Below are positions 1 to 10,588 of a DNA stretch of 64,000 nt, piece after piece; the stretch's first letter is position 1; each line of letters opens with the position of its first letter. Position numbers and translations under genes: made by a program. The stretch lies in IMG/VR virus record IMGVR_UViG_2734482790_000004; one strand, written 5' to 3'. The notes beneath the pieces are model-generated. The model saw only the letters and a list, made by a program, of their open reading frames with translations, searched no databases and was not told the origin of the DNA. The DNA is from a virus. Lineage: Duplodnaviria > Heunggongvirae > Uroviricota > Caudoviricetes.

Positions 1-207
<207 letters not shown>

Positions 208-273
208 TTAATTAGAATAATTCGCATCGTGTTTGAACGGAATTTAACACTAGTCACTTGTTAAGGATTACCA

Positions 274-3200
274 ATGAACAAGCTATCTATGGGTGTGTTT
301 CGCTGTTCAAGTGTCAGCGAAATATTGAAATACATTAGGGCAATAACATCTCACCGAGCGCCGATTAAATACGGCGTGGAAAAGGTGGAAGGCAAAAGCT
401 ATGACCGACTGCGCCGGGAGGCGAATCAGAAGGCGATAGATTTGCTTAATTCGCTGGTGGACGGCGCGACACTGACAGATGAACAGCGCCAGATCCTGGC
501 CGGGTACACTGGTGAAGGCGGCATTGGCGGGTCCGTCTCCGAATATTACACACCAAAGCCTATCGCTGAAGGTGTCTGGGAGATCATGAAGCTCTACGGC
601 GCGGACGTAGGTAACACTCTGGAACCATCGGCGGGAACCGGCGTTTTTAATGAGACAAAACCGGTTGGTACGGTGATGACCGCGACTGAGATCAGCAGTG
701 TTTCCGGTCGTATAAACCAGTTGTTACACCCGGAAGACAGCGTACAGATTTCCCCGTTCGAACAGCTGGCTATAAACACGCCTAACGATTCATTCGACCA
801 TGTTGTGGGTAACGTTCCGTTCGGCGGTCGTGATAACACACGCAACATCGATAAGCCTTACGCAGAAGAAACGGACATGGGGTCTTACTTCATGCTCCGC
901 ATGCTGGACAAGATAAAACCTGGCGGATTCATGTGTGTGATTGTGCCGCCGTCCATTGTTTCAGGTTCAAACATGAAACGGTTACGCCTGCGCCTATCAC
1001 GGAAAGCTGAATTTCTTGGTGCCCACCGCTTGCCTACCGGTACTTTTGACGCAAACGGGACCAGTACAGTTGTTGATGTGGTGCTGATGCGCAAACATCC
1101 GGCAGAGATGGCTGAGAAAATCCCCCTGGTGGATGAAAGCACTCTCGAATCGGCAAATGTGCTTTGGCCAACGTTTATTTCTGGCAAGTGGTTTGAAAAG
1201 GACGGCCGCCGGTTTGTTCATGGCACCCAGGAAAAGGGCTTCCAGGGGCGTATTGAGGTTCGTGCCGACGGTCAGATTGATAACCAGGCTCTTAAAGCGA
1301 AGCTGATTCATCGTTTCGAAAGCCGTATCGACTGGTCTTTGCTCGATATGGCTGAACCGTCACCGACCGCAGACGTTGTTGGTGAAGGGGAAATGCGCCT
1401 GATTAATGGCGTATGGCAAAAATATGCTGGTGGTCGCTGGATTGAAGCTGATGCAGGGAAGGAACTTAAGATCGATGCTGCCAGTTATGGCGCGGATAGC
1501 TGGGAGGCTCTTCAGCGTAACCTGACTACAACAGAAGGCCGTCTCGGCATGACATTTACCCAGATGGCAAATGTCCGCGATAAGTACACCACATCAATCA
1601 GCGACGATATGGTGCAGCTGGTGGACTGGATTAACAGCCAGCCTGAAAAATACCGTGAACGCTTGTATCGCGGGGCGATGATTGGCCGGATGTTAATTGA
1701 ATATCAGGACATGAAGGCCGCCGGGCATAGTGCTGAACAAATCGAACAGCAGCGCCTTTCTCTGGTATCCCGTTTGCAGGCAGAGATTGACCGTTTTGGT
1801 AACCCCGGTCGCGGTCCGATAGCGAAATTATCGGGGAGCGGTGCGCGCGCCTGGTTTGCTTTCCGTGGTGCAATTAAGCTGGATGGCACTATTTCTGACG
1901 AGCTGACAGGAAAACTGGTTACGCATGATTCCAGCGCCAGTTATGACTCCACCAGCTATCAGGACACCCTGCGTTATCTCTACAGTGATCTCACTCGCGA
2001 TCCAATCCAGCTCGATGATTTCCGCCTTGCGTTTACCGGCGAACTGCCAGCCAGTGATGACGAGTTGCTTAATTTATTGGCCAGCACCCCTGGCATTGCG
2101 GTTTCACCGTATGGCGGGATTGTTCCGTTCGCCCGCGCCACCAGCGGCGACATTAACGAGATAGTGGCTCCAAAACAGGAATTCCTCGCCACGCTCCCCG
2201 ACGGTCCAGTAAAGAACAACGTCCTTAATCAGCTGGCAGCGATCGAAGAGAAGCGCATCAAGACGCCAGCAGAGAATATCCGCTTTAAGCTCAATAGCCG
2301 TTGGTTCGACCGTTCCGTCATTCTGGAGTTTTTGCAGGAAAACGGCTATCCGGATCTGCGCTATGTGCAGTCAGTGCAGCTGGAAGGCGACGAAATGGTT
2401 TCTGACACCTATCACGGTGGTGATGGCCTGTTCGTCGGGCACCGATACGGTGTCGTCCAGCGTAAGGATAAAGAAACAGGCGAGATCCGCTACGAGTGGG
2501 ACCGTAAATCAGGTGAAAACGCGACCGGGTTCCCGGCACAGCTGGAAAAGTATCTCAATGGTGCGCGTATCGGTGGCAAAGATAGCGCGACGGCGAACGG
2601 CTACCGCGAGCAGATGGCACTGCTTGAGGACCAGTTCAATAAGTGGATCAAGACGCACGATCGCTACGATGAGCTGGTTGCTAAATACAACGATGTGTTC
2701 AATAGCAATATCCCGTATGAACACTCTGGCGATCCGCTTGGGTTGAAGGGATTAAGCGGTAAGCGCCAGCCATTTGATTACCAGAATAGCGAGGTGCGCC
2801 GACTGTCCGAAGATGGGCGCGGCATCCTGGGCTTCGGCACCGGGCTGGGTAAAACCACGACCGCGCTGGCGCTTGAGGCGTTCAACTATGAGAACGGTCG
2901 CTCCACCCGTACTGCGTATGTAGTGCCTAAATCAGTGCTGGAAAACTGGTATTACGAAGCAAAAGAATTCCTGAGTGAAGAGGCATTCAGTAACTACCTG
3001 TTCGTCGGTCTTGATGTGCTGATGGATGGCGATCAGATTCGCCAGGTGCAGGTGCTCGATGAGAACGGTAAACCTGTTCTTGGTACTGATGGCACTCCAG
3101 TTATGCGCGATGCTCTTAAGCTGGCAGATGAAGCCACTATCACGGCGCGGATGAACGCGATCCCGCACTCAAATTACCGTGCAGTCGTGTTTACCAAAGA

Positions 3201-6200
3201 ACAATACGCCCGCATTCCGCTACGTGATGACACCGTAGATGAGCATGCACAGGATATGCTTTATGACTTCGTTGCCGCCGGACGCGTAGCCAGCGCAATG
3301 GACTCCGACTCCCACCGCAAAGAGGCCGCGCGTCGCCGGGTATTGTCGGAGTATTCAGATACCGGCACCGAAAAAGCAGAGAAGTATCCGTACTTTGAGG
3401 ATATGGGCTTCGATAGTGTGATCGCCGACGAAGGCCACAACTACCGCAATAGCTATAAAAATGGTCGCGAAGCGTCACAGCTAGCCTATCTGCCCACCAG
3501 CGCGGTAGCGCAATCGGCGCGAGATATGGCAATTAAAAACGCGTACCTGATGAAAAAGAATGGTGGGCGCGGGCCGGTTCTCCTGACTGCAACGCCAGTC
3601 GTTAACACCCCGATCGATGCATACAACATGCTTTCTCATGTTCTGCCGAAGGAATACTGGCAGAACATGGGGATCTACGGTCCTGATGACTTCGTTAAAT
3701 TCTTCGGCAAGACCAGGCTGGAAACGGTACAGAAAATTAGCGGTGAAGTTGAAGAAAAAATGGCGCTGGTGGGCTTTGAAAACCTTGATGCGCTGCGCGG
3801 TATATTCCATCGCTGGGTAACGCTTAAAACGGCGGAAGACGTTAAGGATACCGTGGAGATCCCGGAGCTGGACGAACACCAGCAGGATGCACCACTTACT
3901 GAAGAACAACTGGCGGCGTATGAAGAATTGCGTCAGCAGGCGGAAGCGGCGGCCAAAGCCAACAATGGCGTAACGACCTCGGTCAATGAAGACGGCGTGA
4001 TTGAGCACGAGAAAGCCCGTCCGATCTTCTCAATAATCAGGGATATGGACCGCGTATGTACTGACATGGACCTGTACTATCGCCGGATCACCTATCGTTT
4101 CCTGCCGGAGTACGCCGATGCGGTGCAGCAGCTGGCGGACAGTTTGCCTAAACAAGCCACCAGCGAAGACGACGACAGTGATGATTCAATCACGCAGCAA
4201 TCGCAATACTCCCTGATAGATAAGGGCGAGTTTATTCAGTTGCAGGTTCCGGAAGCGTTCGAGCAGGAAGTGAATAAGCGCCTGGCCAGGTTTGGCATTG
4301 ACGAACAGACCGTAACTCACCCCGTTACGCCCAAATACGCGAAGCTGATTGCCACGCTGAAGGAGTTTTTCCCGGAAGGTAAGCAAATCATCTTCACCGA
4401 TGAAAAAACGCAGCACCAGAAGCTCAAGCGCATTATCTGCAATGCTCTTAACCTTGAACCTTCAAAGGTGGGGATACTGAATGCTCAGACGGTTGCCGAG
4501 GCAGGTAAAACCGGTAAGAAACTGAAAGCGGTTAAACCGCCGAAAGAGTTACCGGATGAACCAACAGATGCACAGATAGCGAAATACAACGAGCAAATGG
4601 CTCTGTATGACGCCTATATCGCGCAGCAAAATGAAATGTCGTTGGGCGGTCTGGAAAAGATTGCAGCCGACTTCCAGGAGGGCCGGACTCCGATCATCAT
4701 CTGCAACAAAAAGGCAGAAGTGGGTATCAACCTGCATCGAGGAACGACTGACATCCATCATCTGACGTTGCCATGGACTCCAGCCAGTATTGCGCAACGA
4801 AACGGTCGCGGTGCCCGAGTTGGCTCCAACCGTGCAAGCGTTCGCGTTCACTACTACTGCGGCAAGGGGTCTTTCGATGAATACCGACTGAAGACGCTGA
4901 AGCGTAAAGCAGGCTGGATCTCCGATATCCTCCGTTCAGATAAGTCAGAAATGGAGAACGCCGACGCCAACGATATGATCGAAATGCAGATGTATACCGC
5001 GAAGGATGACGGCGAACGTCTGGCAATGATGCAGGTTCAAATGGATAAGGCGAAAGCTGCGAAACGCGCTCGCCAGAAAGAACAGGCTACTATCGACCTT
5101 CAGAACTACATCAAGGCGCAGCACGCAGCTGGTGAGGATGTGGAGGTACTTACCGCTGAATTGGAGCGAAGCAAAGCGGAACTTGAAAAGACCACCGCCG
5201 ACGTCGCCAAATTCAAACAGGCGGTAATGGCCAAAGCAGCTGATAACGCAGACTGGAAAGCCCGCTGGGGTAGCGTCCATCACACAGACCGTATGTTGTT
5301 AGCACAGTATCGCGCGTCGTTGAAAAGCGCCATTCAGCGCAAGGCTAATATCTCTCAGGCCATCTCCCGCTATGAGAAATTATTGAACCGTACTCAGAAG
5401 GCCGCGACGGATATCAAACGCCTGCGCCCGCTGGTGGAGGATGCAATAAATAAAGGCATTCTGGATGTTGATCCTGATCTGGTTAACCATGCGAATGAGT
5501 TCCTTGTTATCGGCGATCGCTCATGGCGTGTAGGCCAATACTATGATTGTGCCGGTGATATCGTTCGCATTAAGTCGCTGGACTTCGACAGCCAGCGCGC
5601 AGACGTGGAGATCATCTTTACCTTCAAAGGCACCAAATCGGGTAACTGGGATGTGAAGACGCTGGATAAACAGGTTGATGTAACTCCCGATGAAGATGCT
5701 GTTATGCAGAAAATCAGTGGTGGCGTCTCCATCGCCGGGATTAACGACATCGTTTCCTGTGACGATTTCTACCGTTTCCAGCAGCGCGGCATGATCAAAA
5801 TCACTGACTCATACGGCGTTCAGACTACAGAGTCAGGCTATAGCATTGATTTTGTTGGTACCTATACGGACCCACTGAAGCATGCGGTTTACCCGGATCG
5901 CCGTGACGGCGCGCTGAAGTCGTCAATTGCAAAATGGGTGCTTGGTATGATGTCGGAAGGGAATAACCGCCAGATCCGTTCGGCAGAAGCATTCCTGGTT
6001 GAACTGTTTGGCTCCAATTATGGCGATGTAATCGCGTCATACGGAGATACGCTATCCCCTGAAGCACTTCAGGAGAAAATAGCGGATGCGATCGCCAGAA
6101 TGCCGGAGAAAACAAGCCAGGGGGCTACTCGTAACGGGGATTCTGAACTTGAAGTCACCAATGCCATTTTCGGTACCAATGAGTTCCGGGCGTCAGATTA

Positions 6201-7041
6201 TGAGATCACCACAGCACAGTTTGGCACCATTGGCATTTACAGCAATAAAGCCGAGATCAAGCAGGCAATGGACGCAGCAAGCGCGCGCATCGCAGCAGAA
6301 CGGGAAGCCAATCTGAATCATGCAGTCGCCGCGCTGACTCAATCGTGGGTAACAGCAATCAGGGAGGCCGCCACCACAGGGAAAATCACACCTGCAATAG
6401 CGGATGTCGTAAACGACGGCTCTAAATTTATGGATGCCTATCAAATGGATGCGGTGAAGTTGCCATCAGCCTATGGTCAACTCAGCTATCGCATGACCTA
6501 CAACCTGGTATCAATGTTTTCCGACCTTGCCATCCTTGGGCTGGTGGATCTTAACGAGGTTACGCCGGAATTGCTCAGCATGCGCAAGAATCATGTGGAG
6601 ATATTGCAGAGAATTAACACGGTTCTTGCCGGGCGCACCGATGAAGAGAAACAGGCCGACGCTGATCGGATAAACCTGGCCCTTGGCAACATCACGGAGG
6701 AAGAGATTGCCGCCAGAAACGAGAAACAAGAAGAGTTATCATCAATACAGGGTGATGCCACCAGCATAGCTCAGTCTCTTGGTCTGAATTATCGCGTATC
6801 CACCGCCGACCTGAAGATGATGTACGCACCAAAATTCGCCGCTGGCGAGGTATTTGGGCTTCAGGAAGCCTCAGGCATGAAAGGCGTTCTTTTCCGTGCG
6901 AAAGACGCAATCAAGGCGAAATTCGGCGCTCGCTGGCTGCCAGCGAAGGCGAAGAACAGCGATTTCCCGGGTAACTGGTGGATTATCGAGACAAAACACA
7001 ACGTGGCGGACGTTCTGGCCGTCATCCAACAATACGCATAA
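274..7041 (+). CDS. darB: DarB-like defence-against-restriction protein, 2255 aa (methyltransferase-like region plus SF2 helicase)
   Basis: Single 6.8 kb ORF; length matches P1 DarB from memory; Walker A GFGTGLGKTT and DEGH helicase motifs; AAGGA SD before ATG. Confidence 0.8.
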   Translation: MNKLSMGVFRCSSVSEILKYIRAITSHRAPIKYGVEKVEGKSYDRLRREANQKAIDLLNSLVDGATLTDEQRQILAGYTGEGGIGGSVSEYYTPKPIAEGVWEIMKLYGADVGNTLEPSAGTGVFNETKPVGTVMTATEISSVSGRINQLLHPEDSVQISPFEQLAINTPNDSFDHVVGNVPFGGRDNTRNIDKPYAEETDMGSYFMLRMLDKIKPGGFMCVIVPPSIVSGSNMKRLRLRLSRKAEFLGAHRLPTGTFDANGTSTVVDVVLMRKHPAEMAEKIPLVDESTLESANVLWPTFISGKWFEKDGRRFVHGTQEKGFQGRIEVRADGQIDNQALKAKLIHRFESRIDWSLLDMAEPSPTADVVGEGEMRLINGVWQKYAGGRWIEADAGKELKIDAASYGADSWEALQRNLTTTEGRLGMTFTQMANVRDKYTTSISDDMVQLVDWINSQPEKYRERLYRGAMIGRMLIEYQDMKAAGHSAEQIEQQRLSLVSRLQAEIDRFGNPGRGPIAKLSGSGARAWFAFRGAIKLDGTISDELTGKLVTHDSSASYDSTSYQDTLRYLYSDLTRDPIQLDDFRLAFTGELPASDDELLNLLASTPGIAVSPYGGIVPFARATSGDINEIVAPKQEFLATLPDGPVKNNVLNQLAAIEEKRIKTPAENIRFKLNSRWFDRSVILEFLQENGYPDLRYVQSVQLEGDEMVSDTYHGGDGLFVGHRYGVVQRKDKETGEIRYEWDRKSGENATGFPAQLEKYLNGARIGGKDSATANGYREQMALLEDQFNKWIKTHDRYDELVAKYNDVFNSNIPYEHSGDPLGLKGLSGKRQPFDYQNSEVRRLSEDGRGILGFGTGLGKTTTALALEAFNYENGRSTRTAYVVPKSVLENWYYEAKEFLSEEAFSNYLFVGLDVLMDGDQIRQVQVLDENGKPVLGTDGTPVMRDALKLADEATITARMNAIPHSNYRAVVFTKEQYARIPLRDDTVDEHAQDMLYDFVAAGRVASAMDSDSHRKEAARRRVLSEYSDTGTEKAEKYPYFEDMGFDSVIADEGHNYRNSYKNGREASQLAYLPTSAVAQSARDMAIKNAYLMKKNGGRGPVLLTATPVVNTPIDAYNMLSHVLPKEYWQNMGIYGPDDFVKFFGKTRLETVQKISGEVEEKMALVGFENLDALRGIFHRWVTLKTAEDVKDTVEIPELDEHQQDAPLTEEQLAAYEELRQQAEAAAKANNGVTTSVNEDGVIEHEKARPIFSIIRDMDRVCTDMDLYYRRITYRFLPEYADAVQQLADSLPKQATSEDDDSDDSITQQSQYSLIDKGEFIQLQVPEAFEQEVNKRLARFGIDEQTVTHPVTPKYAKLIATLKEFFPEGKQIIFTDEKTQHQKLKRIICNALNLEPSKVGILNAQTVAEAGKTGKKLKAVKPPKELPDEPTDAQIAKYNEQMALYDAYIAQQNEMSLGGLEKIAADFQEGRTPIIICNKKAEVGINLHRGTTDIHHLTLPWTPASIAQRNGRGARVGSNRASVRVHYYCGKGSFDEYRLKTLKRKAGWISDILRSDKSEMENADANDMIEMQMYTAKDDGERLAMMQVQMDKAKAAKRARQKEQATIDLQNYIKAQHAAGEDVEVLTAELERSKAELEKTTADVAKFKQAVMAKAADNADWKARWGSVHHTDRMLLAQYRASLKSAIQRKANISQAISRYEKLLNRTQKAATDIKRLRPLVEDAINKGILDVDPDLVNHANEFLVIGDRSWRVGQYYDCAGDIVRIKSLDFDSQRADVEIIFTFKGTKSGNWDVKTLDKQVDVTPDEDAVMQKISGGVSIAGINDIVSCDDFYRFQQRGMIKITDSYGVQTTESGYSIDFVGTYTDPLKHAVYPDRRDGALKSSIAKWVLGMMSEGNNRQIRSAEAFLVELFGSNYGDVIASYGDTLSPEALQEKIADAIARMPEKTSQGATRNGDSELEVTNAIFGTNEFRASDYEITTAQFGTIGIYSNKAEIKQAMDAASARIAAEREANLNHAVAALTQSWVTAIREAATTGKITPAIADVVNDGSKFMDAYQMDAVKLPSAYGQLSYRMTYNLVSMFSDLAILGLVDLNEVTPELLSMRKNHVEILQRINTVLAGRTDEEKQADADRINLALGNITEEEIAARNEKQEELSSIQGDATSIAQSLGLNYRVSTADLKMMYAPKFAAGEVFGLQEASGMKGVLFRAKDAIKAKFGARWLPAKAKNSDFPGNWWIIETKHNVADVLAVIQQYA

Positions 7042-7074
7042 CAGGAGCGCCCGGTTCGCCGGGCGTCGCATAAT

Positions 7075-7515
7075 ATGGCCACACTATCTGATACAATAAA
7101 ACCGAATAAAACATATCTTGAGGCGGTACTCCGTACAGCGTTGTTAGGAAAGACAGAAGACGAATACGTTGATTTCTTCCTGTCAGGGCTACGCGGGCGA
7201 TTACTGAAAAATCCCCGCCTGTACCGCAGCTATGGTCCATACTGGCCGGAAATTAAAAAATTATTACTGGAGCGCGGTTATGGTAATTTCGGTCGTCTCG
7301 TTGACCGTGACGTTCGCAAAATTTACCGTTATGACCGCCCGGCGCTAACACTCATAGCCGCGACGCTCTACAGCCAGGAGCGTTTTGATAATGGTCAGAT
7401 ATACTCAGCCTGGCATTTACTGCCAGTGCCTGAAGAAGTTGACGACCAGGACTATGAGTTTGAGTCTTACGATTTGGAAGTTGAAGCCTTGGCACAGTCT
7501 GGAGAGAAAACTTGA
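7075..7515 (+). CDS. ulx: 146-aa protein downstream of darB (position of P1 Ulx)
   Basis: ORF directly after darB, overlaps next ORF by 4 nt; name by position only. Confidence 0.4.
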   Translation: MATLSDTIKPNKTYLEAVLRTALLGKTEDEYVDFFLSGLRGRLLKNPRLYRSYGPYWPEIKKLLLERGYGNFGRLVDRDVRKIYRYDRPALTLIAATLYSQERFDNGQIYSAWHLLPVPEEVDDQDYEFESYDLEVEALAQSGEKT

Positions 7516-7760
7516 AAAAGCGATACTACACAGTAAAGCATGGGACGCTACGAGCATTACAAGAGTTTGCTGACAAGCATAACGTTGAGGTGCGCAGGGA
7601 AGGGGGAAGTAAAGCTCTGCGCATGTACCGTCCGGACGGGAAATGGCGGACGGTCGTCGATTTCAAAACAAACAGTGTTCCCCAGGGCGTCCGCGACCGG
7701 GCATTCGAAGAATGGGAGCAGATCATCATAGATAACGCATTGCTTCTGAATGCTGATTAA
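7512..7760 (+). CDS. lxc: 82-aa protein (size and position of P1 Lxc, C1 co-repressor)
   Basis: 82-aa ORF translationally coupled to preceding ORF; name by size and position. Confidence 0.4.
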   Translation: MKKRYYTVKHGTLRALQEFADKHNVEVRREGGSKALRMYRPDGKWRTVVDFKTNSVPQGVRDRAFEEWEQIIIDNALLLNAD

Positions 7761-7765
7761 GAACT

Positions 7766-7792
7766 CTCCGGCCTAGGGAGATTAGGCCGGAG
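7766..7792 (+). terminator. Stem-loop after lxc-like ORF (8-bp stem CTCCGGCC/GGCCGGAG), weak U-tract
   Basis: Perfect inverted repeat 7766-7773/7785-7792 followed by AT-rich sequence. Confidence 0.35.
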
Positions 7793-8090
7793 ATAAATAT
7801 ACTATATAAACTTAGATACAATATCGTGAATCTGTTGTAGCGGGATATCTTCCATCTCATTCTTAATAAGAGAGCGGTTAGATGCTGTCAGTGAAGGCCA
7901 TTTTGTTTTCCAGGCTAGATATGCTCGCCATGAGTAGCCTGTTTCGTAAGGTTTATTCATATAAGTCATTGAGTGTTCAACCGCATGTATGTATTTTTTC
8001 TCAAAATTGGTTCCTTTTACTTCAAATAAACTACCGAAATAAATAAGCCATTTTGCCAGGTGTTCATACTGCTCCCATGCGCCAGGCTTT

Positions 8091-9107
8091 TTAGTAAGTT
8101 CTATTTTTTTTATCTATTATATTACAAAAAACATTTAATACATTTTTATTATTCCAGCTATATCCAGATGATGAAATGGAGGAAATGATATGATAAAAAG
8201 AATCCTCTAGCTTCAAGAACTCTATTTTATACTCTCTTCCGTTTTTTATTACCGATTTGATTGAGTGCCTCAATTTGTCTTTTATTTTTTTTGCTTCTGG
8301 AATTTTATCGTTAAGTTTTCTAAAGAAATCAGATACCTCTGTTTTATCTATAACCCTAACCCCATAGCAGGAAAAATAGTAATCTTTAATAGGTTGCAAT
8401 AGTTCCCCTCGGGAAACAAGGAAAATATTGGAGGACATTACGTTGTCCCGTGAAAATACCTTATATTCATTTATAATAGCCTTTAGGTTCGCGTCACTTA
8501 GAGAATAGCCAAGGATAACAATAGTGTTTTCATGTAGAACTGTGCTTAGTTTATTAGAAAAGTAAGAATTACCATTTATAAATCTGAAATAATCCTCGCT
8601 AGTAACAACCATGTCTGATGGGGAGTCTATAGAACCGTGAACATGGTAGACTTTAACCTCACAATTATATTTTGGAATTGGCAGGCCGGGGGTGATTGTA
8701 CACGTTCGATTCTCTCCAGCCAGCTTTTCTGCTAACTTGTCATAATTTGTCGTAATTACTTTAAATGTGTTTTCTTTGAAAAAGTCTTGAATATATTCAA
8801 TTGATGGATCAAGTTCGATTGAGGCTATGATTTTCTCAATCTCTTGGTAAATATTTTTCCCCGAAAGTATAAATTTTAGTGCAATAACCTGAGCAGCTTC
8901 TTCAAGGCTAAGGTCTTTTGCTTTTCCATCAGGAAATAATTCCTCTTTGAGTGAGTCACCATCCTTCAATAAACCGCACAGTTGCTCCAATAAAGATTGC
9001 CAACTTGGGGCTTTATCATCAGAAACAGCCTTTGAAAATCCAGTGCCTGTAAGAAAGCACAGCCTATGTGTAGCCGCTGCATAGGCAATTTCTATATACT
9101 CGCTCAT
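8091..9107 (-). CDS. SIR2-like (sirtuin-fold) protein, 338 aa, in AT-rich islet; candidate defence gene
   Basis: Ordered motifs GTGFS (aa 21-25), TTNYD (aa 119-123), HVHGS (aa 155-159); GGAG SD 7 nt before ATG; strongly AT-rich relative to flanks. Confidence 0.6.
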   Translation of the reverse strand: MSEYIEIAYAAATHRLCFLTGTGFSKAVSDDKAPSWQSLLEQLCGLLKDGDSLKEELFPDGKAKDLSLEEAAQVIALKFILSGKNIYQEIEKIIASIELDPSIEYIQDFFKENTFKVITTNYDKLAEKLAGENRTCTITPGLPIPKYNCEVKVYHVHGSIDSPSDMVVTSEDYFRFINGNSYFSNKLSTVLHENTIVILGYSLSDANLKAIINEYKVFSRDNVMSSNIFLVSRGELLQPIKDYYFSCYGVRVIDKTEVSDFFRKLNDKIPEAKKIKDKLRHSIKSVIKNGREYKIEFLKLEDSFYHIISSISSSGYSWNNKNVLNVFCNIIDKKNRTY

Positions 9108-9163
9108 TACTTACTCCATTTACTTATAGTTCTACGGAGAAGTATACCCTAATGCATTGACGT

Positions 9164-9805
9164 TTATAGATAATTTCCTTTTCCTGTTAATACTCCCTTA
9201 GGCACCTGTTTTTGTGCCAGCGTTTGGGTGCCGCGAATTATGTTAATCAGAGGGCTTAGTAACGATGGTTCCTGGCGTGCCTCAACTTCTCCAGCCATTG
9301 CCCTGATGTAGTCGGCGCTGGCAACGTTGTTGTATTCCGTCGCAAAGCAACATAGTAACGTCAGAACATGCTCTGTCGTTATTTCGCTCCAGTTGATGTT
9401 GAAAAATTCATCGCCTTTTTTATCGTGTTCGGAATCGAAGATGCTTTGGTGGAGGATGTATTTGCCGGATTCCTTGCGCGGTAACTTGATTGCTTTCTGG
9501 CGTTCCAGCTCCTTATAAATCTGCATTGCCTCAATTAGTACCGGCCTGCCGTTCATGAAGGGATCGCGCAACCTTACACGCTGGCCAACTCGACCAGTAA
9601 TAAAGCTGTTTTCCTCTTCCACCAGCACGATAAAACCCTTTTCCTCTTTTTCTCGCAATTCGCGCAGCAGCTGGAGTTCCATATCGCGGCGGCGTTCAGG
9701 GTAGCTGGTCCGCTCAGCCATTATTAGCTCATTGTTGATCCATGCAGCAGTCATTGACGCCGGTTTGCCGACGCTCATCGAAACAACGCATATTTTCTTA
9801 TCCAT
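9164..9805 (-). CDS. 213-aa protein at the position of P1 mat (particle maturation), starting at MDKKICVV
   Basis: Backbone-like GC; internal Met with AGGGGG SD chosen over the 262-aa track ORF 9164..9952. Confidence 0.4.
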   Translation of the reverse strand: MDKKICVVSMSVGKPASMTAAWINNELIMAERTSYPERRRDMELQLLRELREKEEKGFIVLVEEENSFITGRVGQRVRLRDPFMNGRPVLIEAMQIYKELERQKAIKLPRKESGKYILHQSIFDSEHDKKGDEFFNINWSEITTEHVLTLLCCFATEYNNVASADYIRAMAGEVEARQEPSLLSPLINIIRGTQTLAQKQVPKGVLTGKGNYL

Positions 9806-9994
9806 AGCGCCCCCTACAAAAAAGAAAAGCCACCAGCGGCGGCTTAGCAATACAACTGAAGGTAGCGCCCGGTACTCAGACTGTGCCGTCCATGGAATAT
9901 TTGAAAAGGGATCCATCCGTACCGGGCATGTGATGATTCTGACTGAAGTCACTTGTCAGTTGTCAATTATTTCAGATTAAAAATAATATATTTA

Positions 9995-10555
9995 TTAGTG
10001 CATGATGTTTGCCATCTCATAGGCGTCAGCCAGCAACTCCATCTCTGACTTGTTCAGCAAGGTGAATTCTTTCTTGCCTCCAACCACACCATCGGCATGA
10101 ACAGGGACCAGCCAGGGGTATTTTTCTCTTACTTCAGCCGGTGCTGCATGCTGGTGGTGCCATCTACAAAGGGGCAATTGCTTTTTGTGACAACCCGGCG
10201 CGGTACGACCGGAGATATGGTGCAGAGATACCTCTTCAGATATTACTCCATGCATGTAGCAGGCAATGCAGGGGAGAGCGCCAAGAGCATTGGCGATGCT
10301 CCGTTCCTCCGCTGTCGATGTTCGCCCCTTCAAGCCACGAGATTTTATCTTTACCGCACTTTTCCGCGTTTTGCTGGCTGGTGGGCGCTCTTTCTGTTTA
10401 GCGATACGGCGGTCGATAGAATCCCGCATTTTCTGATATTGCGATTCTCGCCAGGCGGGGTCAGCCAACTTTTCCCGTTGCCGAGCGATCGCTCGTTCTC
10501 TGGCTGCCTTCTGCCACTCGCGGCGCTGTTCAAGTTTTTGTTCGATTGTTTTCAT
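9995..10555 (-). CDS. ref: Ref recombination-enhancement HNH endonuclease, 186 aa
   Basis: 186 aa as in P1 Ref; Cys/His cluster CIACYMHG...HHISG...CHKK...CRWHH typical of HNH. Confidence 0.75.
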   Translation of the reverse strand: MKTIEQKLEQRREWQKAARERAIARQREKLADPAWRESQYQKMRDSIDRRIAKQKERPPASKTRKSAVKIKSRGLKGRTSTAEERSIANALGALPCIACYMHGVISEEVSLHHISGRTAPGCHKKQLPLCRWHHQHAAPAEVREKYPWLVPVHADGVVGGKKEFTLLNKSEMELLADAYEMANIMH

Positions 10556-10560
10556 ATGGC

Positions 10561-10588
10561 AAAAAAAAAAGGCGGCCTAATGGCCGCC
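10561..10588 (-). terminator. Rho-independent terminator-like hairpin GGCGGCC-ATTA-GGCCGCC plus U10 on minus strand, 6 nt upstream of ref ATG
   Basis: 7-bp GC stem and ten T on minus strand. Confidence 0.55.

Noticed and set aside
594-7041. Numerous 60-175-aa antisense or out-of-frame ORFs inside darB (for example 3481..4008, 4945..5283)
   Set aside because: Entirely nested in a 2255-aa gene with coherent helicase motifs; the same applies to antisense ORFs inside hsdR, pacA and repA.
9806-9952. N-terminal 49 codons of track ORF 9164..9952
   Set aside because: Implausible composition and no SD; internal Met at 9805 has an AGGGGG SD and gives a sensible protein start.
9988-10004. Additional C1-operator-like site at the ref stop (13/17), and a similar core at 58337-58353 (11/17)
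   Set aside because: Too degenerate to separate from background AT-rich sequence without a scoring matrix.
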